Shown: one piece after another, positions 14,085 through 25,172 of the stretch
Layout of the letters: each line of letters starts with the position of its first letter
How positions within the stretch are numbered: position 1 is the first letter of the stretch
DNA from: Psilocybe cubensis
Taxonomy: Eukaryota
Direction: 5' to 3'
DNA: 64,000 nt
Assembly: GCA_017499595.2 (NCBI GenBank)
Contig: CM039003.1
Span: 1,178,001-1,242,000, forward strand
Made by a program: the position numbers and the translations under genes
Notes under the pieces: model-generated
What the model was told of the DNA's origin: nothing
Databases searched by the model: none
What the model saw: the letters and a program-made list of their open reading frames with translations, nothing else

Positions 14085-14288
14085 TCAATTCTTGCAGCAA
14101 TACGCCTTGTGCCCCGTCCAGCAGCACGACCCAGTGCCGCACGCGTTCTCGTTCGTCTGCTTGTACCCCGACGGGCAGGCGCCGTGGCAGAACGGCGCCG
14201 TACCGGTCCAGTAGCAGTCGTCGGCTAGGACGGTGCGCGCGGAGAGTAGCAGGGGGAGGACGAGTGTCAGGAGGGTGAGAGGGTGCAT
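14085..14288 (-). CDS. Small secreted cysteine-rich peptide (8 Cys)
   Basis: Hydrophobic signal MHPLTLLTLVLPLLLSARTVLA then 45-aa DDCYWTGTAPFCHGACPSGYKQTNENACGTGSCCWTGHKAYCCKN. Confidence 0.85.
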   Translation of the reverse strand: MHPLTLLTLVLPLLLSARTVLADDCYWTGTAPFCHGACPSGYKQTNENACGTGSCCWTGHKAYCCKN

Positions 14289-14899
14289 TGTGTTGGGTGT
14301 TGGATCTTGGTGGAGGTTGTTGTTTGTTGTTGGTTGGGTCTGTGGGAGGAGGTGAGTGGATGGGTTTGGGTTAGGGAGGTGGAGGGAGGCTTACGAGGAA
14401 GTGGAGGTTGTGTATCGGGATTAGAGGTATGAGACGTAGGACCTTTATAAATTTGATTAGATTGCTAACGGGACGCTGCTGAGCTTGAGAGAATACGGAG
14501 ATGGGCGTAGGATGTGCTCGGTATTTGGCTAGCAGTAGCCCCGTCGTTATTGCGCCCTGTGGAAGATAAAGTGTCCATAGCGGTATGTTGGGCGCTAGTA
14601 AGCGTGATGTGAACGTATATTAGTGTTGGCTGGTATATAGAGTTGTAGATGTAACACCGCAACATACCGTTACAGTTGGATTTAGTGAGCTTGGTTCGGA
14701 TTCATGCAGATTAGCTTGGTTTGAGGGAACCATAGCTTATAAGTGGTAGGATGAACGCTGTTAAATGGGCCGTACATTTACAATCGACCAAGTCGATGCC
14801 AATGGGACTATCCGAAAAAAGATGTGCGATTGCTGGTTGTAGAGAAGGTAAACTCCGCGATATCCCGCGCCTCATTGTAGCTCTTCTCTCATAGCATCG

Positions 14900-15573
14900 A
14901 TGTTCACAACAGCGCGCCTGCGCCTCCGCGGATCGACGCCCAACGACGCCGACAACCTCCTCGCGCTGTACAACGACCCACGGGTCGCACCGTGGATCAC
15001 AGAGGGATACATCGTGCCCAAGCACGCATCGTACCTCGAGACGATCAACGCGTTTATCGCCTCGTGTGTGCTCTCATGCGTCGTCGAGGAGCTGGAGAGT
15101 GGAGAGTTTGTCGGGCTGTGCAGCTTTGTCGGGCAGGGCGAGGCGAAGAACCGGAATGCGATCATGTGCATTGCTCTGCTGCCTAGGCATTGGAGCAAGG
15201 GGTACGGGGCGGAGGTGATGGGTTTTTTGATTGACTATGCGTTCCATGATATGGGGATGCATCGGGTGTCGCTGACGGTGTTTGAGGGCAATGAGCGGGC
15301 TATGGCGCTGTACCGGCGGTTGTGAGTTGTTCTAATACAAATTGTATCGCTTGCTGATAGGAGTACAGAGGGTTCGTAGAAGAGGGGAGACACAGGAAGA
15401 TTGTGTGGATGAATGGCGGGTGGAAAGATACGTACTACATGGGCATCTTGGAAGACGAGTGGAGAGAACGCAAACAGCGCCAAGCCGAAGCGGAACAGAC
15501 TTTGTCTCTTACCACCACCACCACCACCAACGCTAATAACACTACTGATACTGAAGTCTTTCACGATGGATAA
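14900..15573 (+). CDS. GNAT (RimJ/RimL-like) N-acetyltransferase, 2 exons
   Basis: MFTTARLRLR..., acetyl-CoA motif HWSKGYG, MHRVSLTVFEGNERAMALYRRL|GFVEEGRHRK...YYMGILEDEW; intron 15322-15368; stop TAA at 15571-15573. Confidence 0.9.
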
Positions 15574-17471
15574 TGTCGTCCCTTCCCACCCACATCCAGA
15601 TCCCATACGAACCGCCCTTTCTCCCAGTGCTGCTCTCCCTCGCCGCCTATCTCTATCTCCTCTCTACCACAAATGCCCTGTCTGAATCCATCACCAACGC
15701 CCCTCTCCTTGGACCCCTCCTCACAGGCATCCTCCTAGGACCCAGTGTCGCCGGTCTCATCACTCCCGCACTCCAAGAGTCCCTCATCGCCCTCGGCTAC
15801 ATCGGCCTCCTCCTCATCGTCTTCGAAGCCGGGCTCTCCACTCACCTGCCTCTGCTCTTCGCAAACGCCGGCCTCAGCTGCGCAGCCGCCCTCACCGGCA
15901 TCCTCGTCCCCATCGCCCTGAGCATGGCACTCCTTAAGAGCGCGTATGGCTACACATCGCTGCAGTCCTTCGCCGCAGGTGCCGCGCTCTGCTCGACGTC
16001 CCTCGGTACGACGCTCGCGCTGCTGACGCCGCCGCTGCGCCGTACGCGGGTGGGCAGTGTACTCATGGCTGCCGCGTTACTGGACGATATCGTTGGTCTG
16101 GTCATTGCGGGGATTATACCTGGGCTGGCCGGGGCGGAGGCGGGCGGGGAGGGTGTGAAATGGGAAACGATCGTGCGCCCCATATTGGTCTCGATTGCGT
16201 TTGGAGCAGGCACGCCTGCGCTGGCGTGGATCGTGAGGAAGAGCGTCTTGTATCTGATGTCAAGCGCCGAACGAGCACATGGACAACTGGGGGCGCATCT
16301 ATCCACGTCTGCGCGCATCGGGAGAAGGGTGCTGGACCTGATACAAGACACCCGAACCCAGCTCTTTTTGACTGTGCTGGCACTTTCTGCGTTCGTCGCG
16401 GGGACCAAGTATGCAGGGACGAGCGAACTGTTCGGGGCATACCTCGCTGGCGCGTTGCTGGCGTACATATTCACTTTCGAATCTCTTGGTGACGCTACAA
16501 CCACGCGCGTTGAGGTTAACGATGCGGAATCTCCGAAGTCACCGTCGGTGTCACCAGTGTCTGATCTGTCTGAAACGACTGCAGCACACGCGCCCTCCTC
16601 ATCACCACCACCCTCCGACATACACGAACCAGAATCCAACCACTACATCAGCCATGAACCAATCAACCTCCCCTTCGCCGCATTCACCGCACACCTCCAG
16701 CCGATTCTCGCGCCGCTCCTGGGGCCCATCTTCTTTGCATCCATTGGAGCGGCGATACCCGTCGGGTCGCTGTTCACTATTCATATCGCAGGAGGAGGAG
16801 TGTCGCACGCGGTGGTGTGGAAGGGGCTGGTATATGCGCTGCTTATGGTGCTCGCGAAGATGGTGGTGGGAGTATGGATGCTTGTGTGGCCCGCCCCCCG
16901 CGGTCGGGCTGGGCACGGGCGAAAGCGCGAACGAGCCAGAAGCAGTTGGCTTACTTCGATCCGTGCGGTATGGGATAAGATGAAGAAGTTGAGGAGTAAG
17001 TGCAGCGAGAGTGAAAATGGACTTGGGTATGGGTGTGCGCGAGAGGCGAGCACCGTCGAGGAGGGGGGTGTATGTGAGCACTCGCCTGATACCGCTAAAC
17101 GTGGGCGCGCCTCGACGGCGTTGGAAACGAGGCGTACCGCCGGTTCCGAACATCACGACGAACACGATCTGGGTGACGGCGGCCATGTGCACGAGCCCTC
17201 GCCTCGCCGTGCGGCTGCGCTCCTTGGTCTCGCGATGGTCGCGCGCGGGGAGATCGCGCTCATTGTTGCGCAGCTTGCTAGGCCTTTGCTTGTTGATGGC
17301 AGACTTGGACTTGGACTTGGAGGGGACGAGGAACCGTATGCGGTGGTGATTTGGGCGATTGTGGTCAGCACGTTTGGGGGTGCGGTGGGTGTTGGGATGT
17401 TGTTGGGGAGCTGGAGGAGGCGGAGGCGGGATGGCGGGGAGGAAGTAAGTGGAGTGGGATTTGGGATTTGA
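15573..17471 (+). CDS. Cation/H+ antiporter (Na+/H+ exchanger family), intronless
   Basis: 632-aa multi-TM ORF with GYIGLLLIVFEAGL, LCSTSLGTT, AAALLDDIVGLV, PIFFASIG, AMVARGEIALIV. Confidence 0.92.
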   Translation: MSSLPTHIQIPYEPPFLPVLLSLAAYLYLLSTTNALSESITNAPLLGPLLTGILLGPSVAGLITPALQESLIALGYIGLLLIVFEAGLSTHLPLLFANAGLSCAAALTGILVPIALSMALLKSAYGYTSLQSFAAGAALCSTSLGTTLALLTPPLRRTRVGSVLMAAALLDDIVGLVIAGIIPGLAGAEAGGEGVKWETIVRPILVSIAFGAGTPALAWIVRKSVLYLMSSAERAHGQLGAHLSTSARIGRRVLDLIQDTRTQLFLTVLALSAFVAGTKYAGTSELFGAYLAGALLAYIFTFESLGDATTTRVEVNDAESPKSPSVSPVSDLSETTAAHAPSSSPPPSDIHEPESNHYISHEPINLPFAAFTAHLQPILAPLLGPIFFASIGAAIPVGSLFTIHIAGGGVSHAVVWKGLVYALLMVLAKMVVGVWMLVWPAPRGRAGHGRKRERARSSWLTSIRAVWDKMKKLRSKCSESENGLGYGCAREASTVEEGGVCEHSPDTAKRGRASTALETRRTAGSEHHDEHDLGDGGHVHEPSPRRAAALLGLAMVARGEIALIVAQLARPLLVDGRLGLGLGGDEEPYAVVIWAIVVSTFGGAVGVGMLLGSWRRRRRDGGEEVSGVGFGI

Positions 17472-18533
17472 TATATAGACTGAGCAAGGGTTGAACGTTG
17501 AAAGTTTGAAACGTTGAGTTTTGTATATGAACACGAACAACCCTGCAGGCAACCGTCAGGTCAATTCGAATTTTCAAATTACCCCAGACTTCTTTTCTGC
17601 GGCGTCGATGACATATGTTACCCGCTCGCCCGCTCGCTCGCGTGTAAATAACGTTATTCCTCTCTCTCAAGTTTTTGTTATGTAAAGGCACCACATTTCT
17701 AGTCTAGAGAGGCAGCGCTAGCTTGTTGGACTTACATTTTGATGGAGGTGGAGCGCGTCGCGTTGTTGTCGCGTGTCGCGTGATCTTGGCATTCCAGTCA
17801 AATATATATACGCGTGGTGGCGGTGGTCGTGGTGAGGTTGGTAGGGGGGTTTGCATTATCATTATGTCAAAGTGGAGCGCTAGGACAGTGCTAGAATTTT
17901 ACGTTGTTGAAGACGTGTACATACGTATATCCGGGGCGGTATAACCTGAGTGTGGTGTTGGTACCTCAGGCTATGCGTACCGCATTTGAGATTTGAGATA
18001 TTCAGACTTTTTGAGGTGAGTGTGTCAAGGCCTTGGGTACTAACGGGTGTGGATGCAGTCGTTTTCTTTGATAGTCTAGTTTATATAGTACCCAAACTAC
18101 ACGTTTTTAAGGTACTGGACGACATCGGACACGGTGCACTTTACCACACCACAAAGTGAAAACCAAAAAAAACAAACCGACGAGATCAGTGGCGGCGGCG
18201 GCGGCGTTGATGACGAGGATTATATCATGACATGGCTTTTTGACATACTCTGTCTTGGTCGGGACTCGGATTCGGAGGTCGGGTGCTAACAGTGCTAACA
18301 GTGGCAGTGGGAACCGACAAAAAAAGGTCTCCCCGCCTCTCCCCCGCCCCCATCCCAAGGCCAATCTCGCGCGGCACTCCACGCTACTTACTATGAGTAT
18401 GACGGCGGACGCCACGGGGTGACTGCGGCGCTTTTTCGATCATGATCGTTTGTTTTTTGATCATGATGAGGCGCATCTGGTATGGGCGCTTGTCGAGATG
18501 AGATGAAATGAAATGGGTGATCGATCGGCTGTA

Positions 18534-18551
18534 TGTGTGTGTGTGTGTGTG
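18534..18551. repeat. (TG)9 microsatellite
   Basis: Directly visible dinucleotide run. Confidence 0.85.
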
Positions 18552-21000
18552 GTGTATGGGAGGTTCTAGACTTTTGTATGGGTGCTTGGGTGCGCGTCGC
18601 GTGTTGCGTGTTGTGAGCGTGCGCTGTGGTGTTGCTTAGTACTTACGGCTCTTTGGTTGCATAGAGAAGACATTGGAATCATCGGTTCAGTGAAGGAGCC
18701 TTCAGGCTCTGGAAACTCAAGGAGGTTTGTGGACTCTGATTGAAGGGAAGGATGTGGGTAAGTTTGTTTTCTTTCATCTTCTATTCTATTCAAAGTGCAG
18801 CCCTCAAACAATAAACTCGCATTGGCCAGCGGATACTGGCACTGGCAGTAGGTAGATTTGCGTGTCTGGGCTGGCACACCTCCACAATAATATTCGACGT
18901 CAAGGTCGACCAGCCTGTGACAGCGGTGCTCCGTGAGCTTGTCCTATCTATTCACATTCACTAGTTATTTATTGAATAGTTGTACTCCGAATCGAGACCT
19001 CCTAGGTGCACCTAGGTGCAAAACTGTCGTCTTCAAGACGAATTAAGTTAAAGTCTTCGTGTCATCCCACCCACTCCATATCCGACTCCGTTGATCAGAA
19101 TCTGATGGACGACGGGGACGGGGCGTGTTTTATTTTAAACATTCAACCTCTTTCTGTATGTGTAACGTTGATAGCGCTTTAAGTACCGTGACTCTGGAAT
19201 CGAATATAAAGTGTGGGTGGCGAATAGTATCAACCTTAACGCGGCAGGTTATGTCGGCGTTGCCTGCGGATAAACTCAAGAAATGTGATATCTTATCATT
19301 CCGTCTCCGTTTCTGTTAACGTTTTTTCCACACTGTAACGATGATTATACAGCTTCCTTTTGGACGCGGCATCCGGTGTGGGTGGATGTTTTTAAAGGGA
19401 AGCGATTAGGGACTCGATGCATTAAACTTGATTTGATCTCTGTTCAGCCTCCGTTGAGACATCCCAATAATCCCTGGGTGGGATAATATTTCCCGGAAAT
19501 CTATCTGGGCAAGCAACACGTTTTTTTTCTCTTCGAGATTGTAAACCGAAGGTTTGGTAATTGATAAACGACAAGACAATCGAAGGGATGATATGGCATG
19601 GCACACGCAAAAAAAATATACATGGCTGGAAATACGCGGATTCGGAGTCGACGCTTGACATACACTCCCGTTGATTCAATTGAATATTCATCTTCCCTGT
19701 TCCCAGTGGCCAGGTGCCCCAGGCCTCGATCGATGACACTGACAGTGAGGTCAAAGACGCGCCGAGCACAGCACATCCTGCGGTTTTACGACGGCCACTG
19801 GCTGGCAAAACGCCAATACCTGCCACCGTCTCAAATGTATATCTTTTTCTTTGGAAGCTAAAGATGGTTATCAGATAAATTGCAGCGGTCATACATACAC
19901 CAATCACGGCTCGCGAGCTTCTTCAATGATGGCGTAGTGGCTGGGCCGTGTGTCCGGACCAAAACATACAATTAGTAATTTTAGCAGTGCCATATAGCTT
20001 CTTTGCTCCGAATCTCTGCTCTGACCTTGTGTTCTGACCTGACCTGAATCCTGCCAGGGGGGCGGGTTTTTCTTCCATGGTGTCTATCATCATAATCATG
20101 CTCATGCTCATGCCCACCATTCCGCATGTCATTTCTCAATTTATATGTTCCCCCAGATATCAACGGACACTGGTCAGAATAGATATTCCCTTTTGCGGTC
20201 GTGCTGACCAATGAGAAGCTGTCGTTTCTACAGAGACTATTTATGGAAATAACTAACACACGCCTCGATTTGGCCAGGTTTTGAAAATTCAAATGTTGAC
20301 GGTGAACGGCGAACGTTGAACGTTGGACGTATGACTTTCGATCTTCCTTGGATTTAAAATTAACGGAACGTGAAATCGAAGGAGAAGAGGTGTAAATAGG
20401 TTATATATGCTCCAAACCACCTCATTGGCTCGTTATGATCCAAGGCCTGAACAGTTGACAACACTGAAAGACACGGGAATAATTTCTCTTTTTTTCGAAT
20501 TTGGTGAGTGCCGTTGTCGTTATTGTTTACAATTACATACATAGAAGGTCATTAACATTCTCGATGTCCGAGCCAGTCGAGCGGGGAGCAGTCTGACTCG
20601 GAGGCCCGCAGTCGCACTGGCAGTGCTGGTGAGAGACGGAAGACTGTCGGGGCCTTGGCACGACCTCATGTTTGAGCGGGATCCCACTGAGGCTGTGGCT
20701 GTTAAATGGATGTAATAGAGATATAGTTAATTAAACTCGTCAATTTGTGAGTATTTTTCAGACGTGCAGGAGACCCTTTTGAATTCACGGATGTTTTATT
20801 TTGGTTTTTGTTTTTGTTTGGTGCTCGGATTGAATGGGAATTTGGGAAAAGGAAGATCATTTTGTATTTGTTGTTGCTGTGACTCGGCGGCAGGGAGATT
20901 GTGTCAGTCGTTTGTCGTATTGCGTCTCCTACTGCTTATTCGCATGATATAGATAACATTAACACAAGGCTATCAGTATGCATTAGAACTTGAGTTGAGG

Positions 21001-21030
21001 GCCGTTGCTTCGCACGGCGATACGAGTCCT
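21001..21030 (-). repeat. 3' subterminal hairpin plus 3' asymmetric terminal inverted repeat of the Helitron
   Basis: Minus strand reads AGGACTCGTA-TC-GCCGTGC-GAA-GCAACGGC-CCTCAACTCAAG|TT. Confidence 0.88.
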
Positions 21031-21152
21031 TGATTTCCCTCACCCTATGATAAGATTAGATACTGATATCATCATATTGTATAATATAAATAAGAACATC
21101 ATAAACATTACGTAAATATTTATGTTAAGTTGCGTGTACTGTAAACGCCAGT

Positions 21153-21834
21153 TCAATCGTCGAATCTAGGCTGCTTCAAATTACTCCAATCCCATCTTTC
21201 GCGATCCCATGAAGGAGGCCTGGTGATAACGTCAGGATGACATCGTACAGTATACTGATCCATCAAATTCTGAAAATCTGTATTTGCATTATAATTAGAC
21301 AGTGTAGAGTACGAATTCGTGTTTGGGAAACCTACAGTTGCCTTTGCTAGTTACTATCAGCCTCGTTGACGGTAGTTGAAATGGCTCTTTCATCGATAGT
21401 GAAGTTGATGAGGCTGTCTCTTGAATTGAGTTGCTTGAGGTTATTGGCCGTGGAGGCACTGATTCTGTCATCGACCTCGCTGACGACTTTGCCCGACCGT
21501 TGCAGTTACTCTTTTTCCGTCTGTTGATTTGAATTTTTGAACGGCTCTACACAATGTATGTTAACGAAAATTAAAAGTGTCCTTAATGATGGTTCGCACT
21601 CACCTTGTGGTTATTCGAATGTCTCGTAAAATCGCATCTCTTGAGATGCTTTGTCCAATGTTGAGGGTCGAAGGGCCATTTCTTCGACAGTAATATGCTC
21701 TTCCCGCAACTTTTACACTCCACTGAGTTCTCAGTGACCGATGCTGCCAAGGGGTCACTCAGTAGGGCGTTACGCCTTGCGATAGCTCTTTTGTAGGAAC
21801 TACTTTCCGTAGCGTTGTCGTGCAAGACGTCCAT
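21153..21834 (-). CDS. Helitron cargo: small C2HC Zn-finger-like protein, 3 exons
   Basis: MDVLHDN...RRNALLSDPLAASVTENSVECKSCGKSILLSKKWPFDPQHWTKHLKRC. Two GT-AG introns join an open frame ending ...RERWDWSNLKQPRFDD*. Confidence 0.7.
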
Positions 21835-22399
21835 GTAGAAGTAGAACTTCGCTAACCAGATGTTTGGTCGTTGACATATGCAAGCACGTGCTACGTAGGC
21901 TTTTGAAGTCCGACGCGATGATATCGTTGCCTGCACCGATGGGGCGTGCATACAATCGATGTTATGGAGCGGTCGTTAGTTTGCGCGGTCGTGTTTTGGT
22001 ATACCGTTGATGTAAGGCAGTGACAGTTCTCCTGAATTTTTTTTTTTCAAGGTTAACGTGGAGGCGTTTCAATCAACAAGACAGCGAGGAGCAATTCACC
22101 TCGCCACGATATTTTCCCCATATCTGTTAAACTGGGTGGATGTTCGAAAGCATGATTTTGTCAGACCTGTGTCAACAGATGTTGAGATAAGCTGTATATT
22201 ATATGGGCCGAGGTTAGCACGTAGAACAAACTTCGTTTTGACGCCTTCAGTGAATGCAAACGCACATTCCGTTCAGGCGTGCAACAATCCTCCCGTTGCC
22301 CGTTCAACTCATTAACTTTCTGTTAATTCGTAGTACAGTATATGTTCTGAAGGATAGACAGCCAACGTGCTGTCAACCGGCTTCGGTGAGGGTCCGTTT

Positions 22400-24875
22400 A
22401 TTTTCGTTCGTTCGATCTCAGTCCAAGCTCGTCTACAGTCAGGAGTGTGAGTATACATCGACTTTCACCGTGCAATCGGTCTCTCACCTGAATCAATGTA
22501 TTCCAGACAACTAATATCGATTATACCCGTTGTACCGTATTCTCTCAGTAGTGCATCGAGGGGATTCGGTCATGTTATAGTGTCTCATACCACTCGATAC
22601 AAGTTTGACCGCAGTAGACCGTTGACGGAAATGAAGAAAAGTGACTGGTATCGCATGGTTTCCACCCTAAAAGTTGCTTGAGGTTATCAGTGGCGCAACA
22701 ATCTAAGAGGGGGAAAGTTGTTTGGGTGCTACTTACTGTCAGGATTCTTTTGTATTGATAGAGAGGCGTACCGCCCAGACCGTCGAGGGCACTTTGAAAA
22801 TTGTTGATCACACTGCATTTATAAGTCAGTTGACTCTCAAATACTTTGGCATAAAACTAAACGACTTCATGTTGCATTGCGTCAGAAACCACGGAGTGTA
22901 CGGAAGAAGATCATAGCAGGATGTGAATGGAATATAGGAGACATAGAGGAGTGTACGCAATGCACACAACAGAACCCCGGAAGCGGACTGAACAGGCATG
23001 TGATCTACCAAAATACCTACTGTCCACTTCCGTTACTCAGAACTGCTTACAGGTGTTACCTTTGTTTCACATTTGCTAATGGCCGTACAATTGTGTGCAC
23101 TAGAGGAATGTGCGTCTTCAACAGGCAACAGTGCCCTCATCAGCACGCAGTCCTTCTACCTCGCACCTTCAGTACACTCCATCCAATGATACTCTTCACC
23201 ACAAAAGATTCGCCCGCTCCCTCATCCTCCAACTTCTCCAACCATAGTTGATCAACAGCTCGTAACCGTATGAAGAGGATGGAAGAATGTACCGTGATGC
23301 CTGTGTTACCGTGAGTGTCAATGTATCCTCTGAAATATACTTTCATTTGAGTGCTCGTGTCTCTTTGCACCATCCATCCACCTTGGTCAACGTCTTTACG
23401 ACAAACGAACGGATAGGTGCGAGACTGTGAGATTAATTGCCGTCTGCTAGGCGCTCGTGAGTTTCACCCTATATTGTCAACATAGCATGGCACTCACATA
23501 CAAATAGAGATCCGGGTTCGATCAACCAGTCCGCAACACACTTACTCATACATTGTCGGTGCACACCTAACTGGGACAACGTCAATAGACGCACCGACAT
23601 ATAGCATAGAAAATGCGGTCCGACGGACGTTAGCGCGTGTATTGGTTTGGAATTCAGCAACCGTGCAACCTCAAATCACCCAAACAGAGATGGATCAAAG
23701 TTTCTTTGTACACCGCCTACTCTTCAACCCATCCAGTTTCCGTAAAAAACTGCTTAAACGGGAGTCGGTGTTTGCAATGTGGCACGTCGAGCGTACTGTC
23801 GTGAGTTTCAATGTGTTCATAGACCTTCGTCCGAGACATGCTGAAAATGGATGGGTCGTCTAACTTCAGCAAAAAAACACAAGACATTTACAACGCATGG
23901 GACGCGAGATACGGATTAAGACGGCGTCTGGCCAACTGTTAAACGCTAAAGTCTGTATGACTTGCTGTGTATCCACCGTATAGTTTCGCACTCACAATAA
24001 TAGGTAGTTCCAATAAGAGGTGTATACAACACGATACGACCCGGCATGTTGGAGAAGTTGAAATTCCTAGATCAAAGTTGTATTCCATGGTACGTACCCA
24101 TATTTGAAATGTCTAAATGCGGTGGCTTAATGCAAAATCTGCAGATGTTATTAGTTGGCTTCGTACGTTGTCAGTTTTTTTTTTTTTACGTGTTCGTGAA
24201 GGAATCCCAAGTAAGTCTAGAGAGGGTGATACAAATAACGTGAAAAGACTTACCTCTGTGTCAGTACTTCAACATGATAGTCCGCCTCTTGACTATGGAC
24301 ATTTATTGGGGTCTTTGTATCTGCGGTGTAACGTCAGGCAATACAATTGCGCGCAACAGGGCACTTCAATGGACCAAAATCATTATGCCACACCTATGAA
24401 CCATACACCAGCATATAAATGCGCTTAAGAATAAACCATACCTACGTCGTAGGTTTGTTTCGAACAGGCTATCCGAGCTGAACGAGTATTCAAGATGACC
24501 TATATCAAACAAAGCGTTTCCGTAGCACCTGCACCGCATCGAGTGTGACTGATATGGCTTGTAGTGGTTCGTTCGGATAAATATTCGTTTGGAGGTCGAT
24601 GCAGAGTCTGAGTCTGTTCATGTCGGTATCAAGATGGCCTTCGTATCGATGACCTGGGCGATTCGGGTGAGTCTTCGACACCTGGCGATACTCTCGATTA
24701 TGACACTTATCTCAACTCCTAGCAACGGACACCATATACCAGAATGCCGTTGTATATTGGACAACATCTCAGGTAGGTCGCCTGGTGTAAAGTTAAAGTT
24801 TATCATGTCCAGAGTCATGCGCGTATGACATCGTAAGCTTTTATATCCTGATTATGTTTGAAATTTACTCACCAT
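22400..24875 (-). other. Possible micro-exon-rich cargo gene or gene remnant, unresolved
   Basis: Many minus-strand GT(A/G)AGT donors and YAG acceptors, plus ATG|GTGAGT at 24875. I could not assemble a convincing protein, and the boundaries are approximate. Confidence 0.3.
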
Positions 24876-25172
24876 CGCCTACAAGAGGGCGTGATATCTG
24901 TCTCGGCTTTCATTCAATCATGGCTTCTCATGGTCTACAGCGTCTGAGTCGCTGATTCGATGTTGTAGTAGCCCGTAAACAGCATTATCAGCCAATGTTC
25001 GCTTGTCCGATTTCCGTTTGGAGCCCGCGCTCTGAATGCCGAACAATCCGTGACCAGCGACGAAAGTCCATATATGGTGGCCTTCCCATTTTCCATTTGC
25101 CACGTAATTTGTATCCCGCCAACTTCTTACCATCACCTGCATCTGCGGCCCCTCAAAACCAGCGAACAAAGA

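Noticed and set aside
15950-17552. Long antisense ORFs (229 and 316 aa) over the antiporter
   Set aside because: Expected shadow ORFs of a GC-rich coding strand.
17500-20980. Possible genes or TE remnants in the 3.5-kb region before the Helitron, including the CCTAGGTGCA x2 repeat at ~19001-19020
   Set aside because: Only short, low-complexity ORFs and simple repeats; no coherent coding or terminal structure seen.
20989-20992. Canonical Helitron1 ends (5'-TC...CTRR-3', AT target)
   Set aside because: The 3' end reads CAAG followed by TT, and asymmetric IRs are present; this fits Helitron2/Helentron-type ends.
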